Below, piece by piece: positions 16,101 through 23,010 of a DNA stretch of 32,000 nucleotides. The position numbers and the translations under genes are program-made. The number at the start of each line of letters is the position of its first letter. Position 1 is the first letter of the stretch. Source of the stretch: an uncultured Candidatus Saccharibacteria bacterium (lineage in GTDB: Bacteria > Patescibacteriota > UBA1384 > XYA2-FULL-43-10 > 1-14-0-10-43-13); the NCBI GenBank assembly GCA_964543385.1, contig CAZIYE010000001.1, positions 480,001 through 512,000 of the forward strand, read 5' to 3'. The notes beneath the pieces were generated by a model. The model did not search any database. It worked only from the letters and a program-made list of their open reading frames with translations, and was not told the DNA's origin.

Positions 16101-18608
16101 CACATTTTGGTCAGAGTATACTAGTGAATACTCAACTTTTTGTGTTATTGGAATAGCTGGTAGAGCGTTAGAAATCTTAGAACTGCCTTGAAAAATAATT
16201 TGTCCCTCTGGTGTAATTTCATAGTCTAGAGTTTTGTTTAGCTTTGGGGCACTACATTCGTTGCTTGATTTTTGAATGTTTCCACGAAGCCACTGTCGGA
16301 AAATAAATCTGCCAAATTCATCTGGATTAATATCTTGTGTTACGCCCCCTTCGATAACTCGGATTTTTTTATAACTCTGGTCTGAGCTTCCCTTTGGTGC
16401 TACGCTATCATCTGCTAGGAGCCGTGCCAGAGTGTAGATGCCGATAGTTGATAGGCTCTCATGATCACCACTTAGCGCTCCCTCCCAAGTGTCTCTAATA
16501 TCCGGTTGTTTCTCTGTTGGGCCTGGTAATTGATAAGCACCATTATTCATTGAAAAATATTTTAAACCATAGAGTGTGTCATCAAGTCTCTTCTTGCCTA
16601 CCATCGCAGCAAAATCTGCAGAATTGATTCTTTCTAGAATAAAATTATTTGCCGTGCCTGCACCAAGATTTAGGTCATTATCAATCAATCCAGGATTGTT
16701 TTTAATCAAAGTCGACCTCAATGAGCCGATTTTATCCGAGAGGTTGCCGAAGGTTACTGCTTCTTTCGGCCAAGAGTTGCCTGCTAGATTCAAATCTTTT
16801 TCGATAACTTTTGCGCCTACATAGTTAGCGAAAACATCATTTTTTGAAGTAACAAAGGCATCTAAATCACCAGCGTTCAGATTCATCTCATGTTCTAACT
16901 TTCTCTGGCCAATCTTGATGAGAGTTGATGGCAGGTCACTACCTGATAGCGAGCCAAAAGGTATTCCTAGCTTCTTCTCAATTGCTGATCGGCCGATAGT
17001 GTATTTTATTTTCTCAATGTCTGAAAGATTCTGACCAATAAATATTTCTCTTGGCAACCCTAAATAATCAGCAACATAAGTACTTCCTAGCTTCTTGAGG
17101 GTATCTTCTACATTAAATCCGGCAAAGTTCAGACTCTTCGATTCTAAGACATTACCTAACAGGGATTTTCCTAATATCTGAATTATATCTTCAAAATTAG
17201 CCTTGCTGAGATCTCCTTCATAAGAAGAGATGTCGCTATTCAAGTTGCCCAGCAAACCATTGACTGATTCGGAGGCAGCCGATTTTAGAAGACTCATCAT
17301 ATCAAATGGATCTCTCTCTCCGGATGCATTCCAGCCGTCGGTAGTTTGCCAAGCTAATTTAATTGGTTGTATCGGTTGTTTATATTTCTTTGTGCCTCCA
17401 GTGTTCTTTTTAACAACCTTCGTACACCTGATATCATCGATCTCTGATATATCTATAGCTTGCCCTTCAGCATGAGAGGACAGATTGCGTTCCTCTACAA
17501 AAGAGTCCTCCTTTTCGGTAAGGCTAGTTAGGTAGGCCTCATATTGAGCACCATTCTTATCTTCAATTTCAAGATCTGGGGTCGTTCCTTTTTGTTTGCC
17601 ACAGTCAGCGGCAGTCATTTCATCGCTACAACCTTTAGACACAGACTTTTGGCTATTAGCCAGAGTTTGTACCACAGAATCAGATTCTGTTGATTTATCC
17701 TGCCTTTGCAGAATGCGATTAACTCTTATTCTCCAGTGGCCAGCCCCACCCTGATTTTTTGGAGTAATTAGGTAGACCAAGGTTTTAAGAACCCTTACAT
17801 CAATATTCAGCGAGTCTATAGATTCTTTTAGTTTTTCTGCTAAATATGGCTTATCGTGGTTAACATAATTAATAATTCTTTCGCGCCCGATTCCTGTCAC
17901 ACAAACCAAAGTGTCTAAATCAACAGAAGGAACTTTTCCTTTTTTTAAATTATCTTCTTCATCTGCCCAAATATCTCTTATTTTATTTTCGCCAACATTC
18001 TTTCTTGCAGCTTCGGCAAGACGATTAAAAAGTTGCAGATTGTCGAATCTCTCAGTAGAGGTTAGGTTATCTCTTCCGATCTTCAAATATTTTAAATATT
18101 CAATTGGCGTCTTGAAATCTTTGTTAGATTGCAAATTTTTATCTACGATCTCTGTTTGATCCTTAGGCAAGTTTTTATATAGGGCATCAAAATCTTCATC
18201 AAAATTTGGGAGTATATTGGAAAGACAGGAAAGTGATTTCAAGGCCGCTAAATCACTTTGTTTCATAATTATTTTCTGTTCTGATGAATTTGTTAACAGA
18301 TCATCAAAAGTAATAAGGCTATCTTGATCGGAGAACTGAGCCATTGTTTCTAATAATTTCTTATATGCCAAAGAGTCGCTCAGTGTTTTTTTTACCTTAC
18401 ACTGCTGGTTATCTTTAGTTGGTATATAAGAATACTTTTTCTGATCAGCAACTTTTATTAGCAAAGGAATCTCTGGATCATAATCAATCTCTCCATCGTT
18501 GTCATCGGCTGCTTTTGCATTCAAGGCAAAAGCATATCCTGTGGATCCAAATGCGATTGATATTATCAATAAGTAAATAACAGTCTGTTTTAAAATATAT
18601 TTCAACAT
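10188..18608 (-). CDS. Giant secreted, membrane-anchored protein (about 2806 aa); last gene of the T4SS-like operon
   Basis: An uninterrupted 8.4-kb ORF. My preferred start is ATG 18608 (TAATG overlap with the upstream stop), giving the signal peptide MLKYILKQTVIYLLIISIAFGSTGYAFALNAKA/ADD. The ORF track's start is at 18641. A LAS-like SSHAEGQAID motif lies near 17450-17480. A degenerate L(G/N)LP-type motif is repeated many times. A hydrophobic hairpin (LITVAVYNLVVAPLLGLGPVGWTAAVVIALAGYLLG, about 10650-10790) precedes a Cys-containing C-terminal domain of about 150 aa. Confidence 0.85.
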   Translation of the reverse strand: MLKYILKQTVIYLLIISIAFGSTGYAFALNAKAADDNDGEIDYDPEIPLLIKVADQKKYSYIPTKDNQQCKVKKTLSDSLAYKKLLETMAQFSDQDSLITFDDLLTNSSEQKIIMKQSDLAALKSLSCLSNILPNFDEDFDALYKNLPKDQTEIVDKNLQSNKDFKTPIEYLKYLKIGRDNLTSTERFDNLQLFNRLAEAARKNVGENKIRDIWADEEDNLKKGKVPSVDLDTLVCVTGIGRERIINYVNHDKPYLAEKLKESIDSLNIDVRVLKTLVYLITPKNQGGAGHWRIRVNRILQRQDKSTESDSVVQTLANSQKSVSKGCSDEMTAADCGKQKGTTPDLEIEDKNGAQYEAYLTSLTEKEDSFVEERNLSSHAEGQAIDISEIDDIRCTKVVKKNTGGTKKYKQPIQPIKLAWQTTDGWNASGERDPFDMMSLLKSAASESVNGLLGNLNSDISSYEGDLSKANFEDIIQILGKSLLGNVLESKSLNFAGFNVEDTLKKLGSTYVADYLGLPREIFIGQNLSDIEKIKYTIGRSAIEKKLGIPFGSLSGSDLPSTLIKIGQRKLEHEMNLNAGDLDAFVTSKNDVFANYVGAKVIEKDLNLAGNSWPKEAVTFGNLSDKIGSLRSTLIKNNPGLIDNDLNLGAGTANNFILERINSADFAAMVGKKRLDDTLYGLKYFSMNNGAYQLPGPTEKQPDIRDTWEGALSGDHESLSTIGIYTLARLLADDSVAPKGSSDQSYKKIRVIEGGVTQDINPDEFGRFIFRQWLRGNIQKSSNECSAPKLNKTLDYEITPEGQIIFQGSSKISNALPAIPITQKVEYSLVYSDQNVETRTDDFIVTEEKSMLAGLEKLDLQRIFGCSTANNSPVFKRIGSQILYTGVANKLINKEDKTKIDLLNTNPELRISNSTIAFYTSRLNQAQKLLADIKGDWKIFASKDSGFENTYTEINDLISNLKNVFESSDANTIKIQNTWEKMSSATSQIDSIVTQLDSIKNFTTAKAEANNKIDELNSIIFNANELLRISSEIISGREIPTSDSLKLSQINSMDLTSNDSGGGNNNISPFKASSLIFGFLAGNVSPTDLFISFGANMAESKLGLPSNSLLYLVENFEKKGMGGSDAFFKSIGQAKIEEVFSMPPFYFQEKNSVSTMADFATNASELLKYADKTKIDEAVNSYLASKLNKAKSPLGELPTDITGINSSNKLLNVLSQMQAENWPDYDLLVASARDNWKQKQDKIIEQFGSKTNANSFNTDSIVQNIKDRGFNDALKSAESDLMMRLGLGSGNYEALKSGGVLAWQKALSEALSIDNLLGLEDGDTKSLFTKDKNLYSVNLSSDEQNLLENNLKISKNVLDIYTKLVSGKILPSELDQYNDDVLNPDYVFVNPYADTASDSNQCPVSYTKQDGFSINETSLENNSFCYYDKKGRHCFKSPEEAQRYSLINKDQRYGNILEELAQRLADSASDKSQISDIRNNLLSFITDKNVQYAFGNNKEKTQQLIDAIGNKNNIDKKILSKLFIKDSTNLPVPNYKLLVGRAVAEKVINYKIFDASGLNIDPSLFGPDDLYNVLGGDFTSLYRISTNYIDQELNLKPGTVLSVFNAKDQISRNCTLNQVGGSILGSLIGLDYFPLKGEKISDFVSNFGQSKVEQSLNLPRGTFFGATFGEAFDRSRAINIALSFNIPLSDDNGEEIFDEKSLVDIFGDSYAKKIKNTGAEYKARQIQNHLRGSLVINGPALTAINNIDQKIKDRLKSALAVAGKSQQNNSGNIEFYQQLNYLDKQFGISSNSTYDLLAGLNSMTPDKYNQLVGEQTGLKLVGSKIGESLGLDQNQSETALTLVKNLNNIFKCQGKIIETDGQKVCRTGSATDEWYGKWDKLYDHLNQIFTFQLDERANLPEGTFQRIIADPMNSGTILMEIGAQKIDYQFGLDSSKAASFTGLYSRVVHVSFGPTGQTKDCLNEASSDPTVSPLDTSLHNAEAKLAELEKQKPVSKNGQKTDDYINSSEYKKWQEDLKVALTEVQQARTTLSKEINDRYNICKAAISQNPSGNVDGSFKEDIVAWGKEVLSDKIHDFIYNVKANYNNKEIRVGVDMPLEDIANLVSGDMKYFQIAAISLGVNYVMAPIDNIRKSHCSANGDDECKTAIPQEMRIAYDDIKTSIIGAPDVEAYQRAAWVDVNGIYSNPETRKVCNGDNCPKTGSGNFGDALIDSLGKNYTETSTSTSVTNQVDEQYNYSPENLQSKIDELNTSIVSNNAAAPAACQKSTNQASGDQYNKCVSEYNKNNGDPEGRLDRLSNPESYYQPSGANFTPKNGELLTTVQKSIRKASLDNLQFKMLDIALWKLDENSYPGMARDLLQGNAEIKAAALARYIKTGLTNGHLLGKNFEAIKNVDEWIQVAKFAKDFVAGDKDAFTTFASGNGFDFFSNFLSDNSEEWFGFPISGDLAKGLLVGVGTGDWGLKSITLDNIVKGDSTTHNTIVADGSTMSLPTVGGVLTTVITTKLFTWADKTLGLKAGQSLEIFKLGYDLYKSWKIYEEISRVKDIAQLSSNAKEFMELNKISDLAEAKDAAKQAFTAAETLVVYKIVSIAVEKLLDKQIAGVEDSLGMIPGTLTPLITVAVYNLVVAPLLGLGPVGWTAAVVIALAGYLLGQKIYYYCTADGYYPKIEAPQPKINDTTGMGVWGGQIKQNNNINELLKKKMVEASQNKARKLIENMMRIQNYEKYNTTDNEPIYPIQIMTGRKEDVDYFDQAGMITVNMCQPRLGNDSISCGGICGSKKGNGCESDTRMGIWQNPQTVAWTHIGF

Positions 18609-20326
18609 TATTGTCCAAGAACTTTCTTCATATTGTTCCACAAATATTCGCCCCAGGATTTTCCTTCAGTCTGCTCATATTCAATCTTATCGAGAAGTGT
18701 TGTGGTGACGGGGACACCACAATAACTAAGCTCGAGATGCAATTGAGAATAGTCTGATATTGTAGCCACCTTACCTATAGTCTTGTCCCGAGTGACGCCG
18801 GTGCCTTCTCCGACATTCTTATCCAAGTCAACATGGGCGTATAGAATTTCATAATCACCATTTTTAATAACAATCTTCTTATGACCTGTTCCATCGTCTG
18901 AAATATTAGTGACCTGGCCGTCGAACATTGGGTAGACCAAAGTATCCTTATTAGTATAGAGGTCAACTGCATCAGCTTTACCCTGACCATAGTACATGTA
19001 TGTACTATGTCCGCTTTCATTGCTAGGCATTTCTTTTCGTAAGGGAGTGCCATAATGGAGCTCCCAATTAAACCCAGATATATTTTCTAATGGAAGTCTG
19101 GTCTTTGCTTGCATAATAGGAGATTGCTGGTCAGCTGATTCCAAAATAGATTTTACTGAAGTTATAATCTCTCGTCCAAGAACAGGGTCGTTATTTACTA
19201 AATACTGGTCGATTTTGGATGAAGTATCAGCTATTTTGTTTTTAGTTTCTTGATTTGATGATGATACATCTGTTCCGGTGGATGCTTCCAATTGCGATAG
19301 TTGCTTTTGAATATCGGAAAATGTTTGGTTATTTAATTTAGCTTTTGCCTCTTTATCACCTGATGCCATAATTGTTTTCTGAATCGCAGCGGAATCTGTA
19401 ACAGGATCCGCAGGCTTATTAAATGTTGATCCTGCTTTTCCAGTCCCAGCATCTCCTATAATGGCAGACATAATTGCAATGCCCGCTACAATGATGACAA
19501 TTGCCAAAATAATCCACGGTAAATATGGCAAGATTGCTTTCCATAGGGCAGCTAGGGCTTCTTTGGAAAACTTTTTCTTTAATTTATCAATTATCTTTTT
19601 ACGTGCTTCCTTATTTAACCAATCCAGCCAAGAAGACTTCTGCTGGTTTTGTGCTTGATCATCTTGGGATTTTTTTTGCTCAGCTGCGTCAGAATCAGCT
19701 TTCTCTTGGTCTAATCTTTCTTGATCAGGATTATTTCCATCGTTTTCCTCATTACCATCACTCTCTTCCGATTGTCGTGCTCCCATAACCTGGATCGTCA
19801 TGGAGCCAGGAGTACCGCTCTTGCTACCAATGGCAGTAATATATAAAACTCCATTCTCACACTCGGGGCTAGTTTTGATAATAAATGACTTACTTGAACC
19901 ATCCTCAGTCTGGTCACTCACTCCATGGAATACCCCGCTCACCCCACCTTCGGCTTCCCAGAAATATCCTTCATCCTCGGTAAAATCTATAGTTCCGCCT
20001 GACAAAGTAACACTCTGATTCGGGCCGACCGACGATGGACCGTCAATAATAACTACTGGTTGGATAGGAGATACAAGGGCTCCTCTCGTTACTGCAGGCG
20101 ATCCGCTTACGGCTTTTTGGCGCGCCTCACGAAGTTTTGAATTGAAGAGGTTTAGCAATTCTTGTGCCTTCTTCTTGTTTTTTATTTTTTTTAGCTGCTC
20201 ACTAAAATAGCGGCTGGCTTGTGCACTATTCCATGCGCCGCTTTTTACTTTATTTATATAAGAAGGTATTGATCTTTCTACAAACCTAATGAATTTTGCT
20301 TCTTTGTCGTCCACAAACCCCTCCAT
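18608..20326 (-). CDS. Single-pass membrane protein with C-terminal M23/LytM-like peptidase domain (about 572 aa)
   Basis: AGGTG lies 5 nt before ATG 20326 (the ORF track uses GTG 20332). A basic stretch is followed by a TM helix (LWKAILPYLPWIILAIVIIVAGIAIMSAIIG). The C-terminus VYPMFDGQVTNIS...IVIKNGDYEILYAHVD...GVTRDKTIGKV...SQLHLELSY resembles the M23 fold and its HxH-type motif. The first metal-binding motif is non-canonical. Confidence 0.6.
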   Translation of the reverse strand: MEGFVDDKEAKFIRFVERSIPSYINKVKSGAWNSAQASRYFSEQLKKIKNKKKAQELLNLFNSKLREARQKAVSGSPAVTRGALVSPIQPVVIIDGPSSVGPNQSVTLSGGTIDFTEDEGYFWEAEGGVSGVFHGVSDQTEDGSSKSFIIKTSPECENGVLYITAIGSKSGTPGSMTIQVMGARQSEESDGNEENDGNNPDQERLDQEKADSDAAEQKKSQDDQAQNQQKSSWLDWLNKEARKKIIDKLKKKFSKEALAALWKAILPYLPWIILAIVIIVAGIAIMSAIIGDAGTGKAGSTFNKPADPVTDSAAIQKTIMASGDKEAKAKLNNQTFSDIQKQLSQLEASTGTDVSSSNQETKNKIADTSSKIDQYLVNNDPVLGREIITSVKSILESADQQSPIMQAKTRLPLENISGFNWELHYGTPLRKEMPSNESGHSTYMYYGQGKADAVDLYTNKDTLVYPMFDGQVTNISDDGTGHKKIVIKNGDYEILYAHVDLDKNVGEGTGVTRDKTIGKVATISDYSQLHLELSYCGVPVTTTLLDKIEYEQTEGKSWGEYLWNNMKKVLGQ

Positions 20327-20425
20327 TATCACACCTAAACTTTGTCTATACCGCCAAAAGACCGGTCATCATATGTCTAACTGGGATTCAAGCACTTTCT
20401 AAATTATAATAACAGTATTATGCTG

Positions 20426-21688
20426 CTATTCGACATTTAATGCTCTGATCGCCTCATTATCTTGGTAAATAATGATGTTGTTATCATCGGTCAGCACTAG
20501 ATTGTGAATAAAAGTATCCCCAAGATTCTTGATAACAAAACCATTCTGCTGTCTTTTTTTTGTGTCATATTTGAATATTGATTCCTCTTTTGTATCGGGG
20601 TCATAAGTAGCCACAATAATATTTTCAGAATCCTTGCTCCAAGTAGTCTTTTTCAGTTCGGCTCTGATGTCCAGCGATTTTTTATTAGTGCCATCTTTAT
20701 CCATAATAGAAAGGATTGATTCTACTGGCCCTTCTTGGCTTTTAGAATATGTTGAATAGAGTATTTTATTGCCATCAGGGGAGAAATTAGCATCAAGCTG
20801 GTTTCCTATGTCGGCAATCTCTGATATTTTTCGTGAATAGGAATTAAATAAATAAATCTTATTCTTTTCGGTATCCTCATTGCGGGGAATTATTAAAAGC
20901 CATTCGGAGTCAGGAGACCAACGTAAAAGGGGATTATCAATTCCATAATCATTAAAATTGAGCACTCGCGTAATTTCTTTATTTGCTGCGCCAGTAAAGA
21001 TTAATGACTTCTCGCCATCTTCCGGTGCATAGTAGTATGCGATCTTAGAATTGTCTGGAGCCCAAGCGATGCTACCAATATTATTACCCCACGAATCTTC
21101 ATTTTGATTGATAAAGTCATATTTTTTCAAATCAAAAAAGGAAATGATTTCAGGCTTACGTAGCAAAGCTAGATCTTTTGTTGGAGACCAGATAATTTCA
21201 TCTATGTCTGATATTACAGGATTTGTAACGGCTCTTTCTTCGGCCAACTTTACTCTTTGTCCGACATCTGTTTTTGTGCGTACCCTATATATTGTTGTCC
21301 CATTTTGGTAATAAATATCATTAAAATCATTACCCTTATTTAAAAACTTTCCGCCGATAGAAATAGTCAGAGGATCGGGGGTTCTATCTAGGCTGATAGT
21401 AATTTTCTTAGGCATACCCCTTTTAAAATTCATTTCCTGATTTATGCCGATATATCCTCTTGCTTCAATTCTGATCATATGTAGGCCTGGAGAGATAAAA
21501 CGACGTATTAGACCAGAGTCGGGAACAGCAAAAGGCTTGCCGTCGATTGAAAATGAAGAATTAGTGGGCTCTAGCTGAATATTCATAAATGAATGAGTAA
21601 TAAACCATAGGAGCACAATCAAAGCCAGAGTAATTGCTGATATTACTAGAAATATTGAACGTGTTAATTTTTTAATTTCTTTATGCAT
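20426..21688 (-). CDS. Membrane-anchored TolB-like beta-propeller protein with PEGA-like N-domain (420 aa)
   Basis: N-terminal anchor SIFLVISAITLALIVLLWF. PEGA-like segment FSIDGKPF...PGLHMIRIEARGY. PD40/WD40-like blades recur: WSPTKDLALL, WAPDNSKIAYYY, WSPDSEWLLI, FSPDGNKILYS and WSKDSENIIVA. Confidence 0.65.
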   Translation of the reverse strand: MHKEIKKLTRSIFLVISAITLALIVLLWFITHSFMNIQLEPTNSSFSIDGKPFAVPDSGLIRRFISPGLHMIRIEARGYIGINQEMNFKRGMPKKITISLDRTPDPLTISIGGKFLNKGNDFNDIYYQNGTTIYRVRTKTDVGQRVKLAEERAVTNPVISDIDEIIWSPTKDLALLRKPEIISFFDLKKYDFINQNEDSWGNNIGSIAWAPDNSKIAYYYAPEDGEKSLIFTGAANKEITRVLNFNDYGIDNPLLRWSPDSEWLLIIPRNEDTEKNKIYLFNSYSRKISEIADIGNQLDANFSPDGNKILYSTYSKSQEGPVESILSIMDKDGTNKKSLDIRAELKKTTWSKDSENIIVATYDPDTKEESIFKYDTKKRQQNGFVIKNLGDTFIHNLVLTDDNNIIIYQDNEAIRALNVE

Positions 21689-21728
21689 TTTTATCTATTT
21701 TTATTTTATAATAAATTGAATATTTTTG

Positions 21729-23006
21729 TTAGTATTGCTCAATTCTTAAGTGAAAGTGGGCCTTGTGCTTATCCCATGCTACCATGCGCCCTGGCTTTTT
21801 ATTTTCTATAGCATAGCTATTTACTGCCGCTATAACCTCTGAGTCTTCGTAACCAATCCTTGTGGCGCCACAATTGATCAGAAGTTTACCCAGGTCTATC
21901 ATCATTTGTCTATTTGCAGCATCATAATTATTATTAGCTATAGCTGGTCTCTCCCTAACATTCATCATGTGGCCAGGTAGTAATATATCAGCGTCGATTC
22001 CTTTGGCGTGGGAGGCATGACCGTCAGCCTTTTTGCATTGCCCGCTCAATTCACCGATAACAAGTTTTGGTCTGCCGGCTTCAGCCCACTGTTTGCTAAC
22101 AGATACAAGAATATTAATTAATGACGGCTTGCCCCAATGTTCTTCTTTATCGCCGCTCTTTGTGTAATACTTTTCAAGTGCTGGAACTTCTACCCAACCG
22201 CAGGATGAGCCCTTATAACCAAGGTTAAGGTTTGTTTTGCAAAGAAGAGAATTTGGAATGAGTTTAGTAGTTACCGATGCAAGTGAGAGACAGCCATTAT
22301 TAAGTCCTTGAAAATTTTTCCATGTGCGCAATGCATATCCTGGTCCATTTGGGTTTGGGTAAGGTGCTCCCCAATTCCACCCAGGGTTTTTCGTATTCTC
22401 TGGTGCCCTATCTAGAGGAAAACCCATTTTTTTCCACTCCCTTAATCTGGCGGGGCCTCTGTTATAAAGCATTCCCGCAGCCTTCACAGTTTTTTCGTCA
22501 GCCCCGTCTGCTTTCAAACCATTATCTTCGAGATGGTATTTTATATATGCAGCTGCGGCTAATGCAGAATCAGCGAAATCGTCTGGATTACCTGTGGGCT
22601 TATCTGAATATTTTTTATAAATATTACCGGCCCACTTACCGTCAAAATCCTCAATCTGAAAAGGTCCCTTTGCATTTCCGCCTCGTGCCCAAATTCCATT
22701 AGCACCAGCAGAAGCCTTAATAGAATCACCGTGCTCTGCCATGAATATAGCTCCAAGCAAGGCAGGTTGTATCCCAACCTTGTTAGCAGCTTCCTCAATG
22801 GCCGATTGATACCCGCTAGGAGCTGCATCCCAGGACGTACAGCGTATATTGCCAAATAAATTAACAGGGTTTACGGTTTCCTTTATTCTTCCGCTCCACA
22901 GAGATGTTCCAGCTGCAGTAAAAGCGAGTGAAAGTACTGCGGCCAAACCTAAAACAGCCAGTATTATACCGGCCTGAGTAAAACCCTTGCTGTTTCTGTG
23001 AAACAT
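21729..23006 (-). CDS. Bifunctional cell-wall hydrolase: SLT-type lytic transglycosylase + LAS (MepA-like) metallo-endopeptidase (VirB1/CwlT-like role)
   Basis: N-terminal signal anchor. SLT-like motifs are AIFMAEHG (catalytic Glu candidate), GPFQI and AAAAYIKYHL...LYNRGP. C-terminal LAS motifs are GHASHAKGIDADILL (H-x(3-6)-D) and HKAHFHLRI (H-x-H), as in the MepA family. The start is ATG 23006 or GTG 23009. Confidence 0.7.
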   Translation of the reverse strand: MFHRNSKGFTQAGIILAVLGLAAVLSLAFTAAGTSLWSGRIKETVNPVNLFGNIRCTSWDAAPSGYQSAIEEAANKVGIQPALLGAIFMAEHGDSIKASAGANGIWARGGNAKGPFQIEDFDGKWAGNIYKKYSDKPTGNPDDFADSALAAAAYIKYHLEDNGLKADGADEKTVKAAGMLYNRGPARLREWKKMGFPLDRAPENTKNPGWNWGAPYPNPNGPGYALRTWKNFQGLNNGCLSLASVTTKLIPNSLLCKTNLNLGYKGSSCGWVEVPALEKYYTKSGDKEEHWGKPSLINILVSVSKQWAEAGRPKLVIGELSGQCKKADGHASHAKGIDADILLPGHMMNVRERPAIANNNYDAANRQMMIDLGKLLINCGATRIGYEDSEVIAAVNSYAIENKKPGRMVAWDKHKAHFHLRIEQY

Positions 23007-23010
23007 CACA

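Noticed and set aside
19778-20056. Possible Ig-like (Big-type) domain in the N-terminal half of the M23 protein (VVIIDGPSSVGPNQSVTLSGG...VLYITAIGSKSGTPGSMTIQV)
   Set aside because: There is no N-terminal signal peptide. The strongly basic stretch before the single TM helix places this half in the cytoplasm by the positive-inside rule, which is unusual for such domains. The fold cannot be verified by eye, so I left it unannotated.
20327-20425. Internal promoter or terminator in the 99-nt gap before the M23 gene (TATAAT-like hexamer and a GACCGGTC palindrome)
   Set aside because: I found no convincing -35 element at proper spacing. The palindrome gives only a 4-bp stem without a T-run. This is too weak to annotate, and the gap may simply carry the ribosome-binding site (AGGTG).
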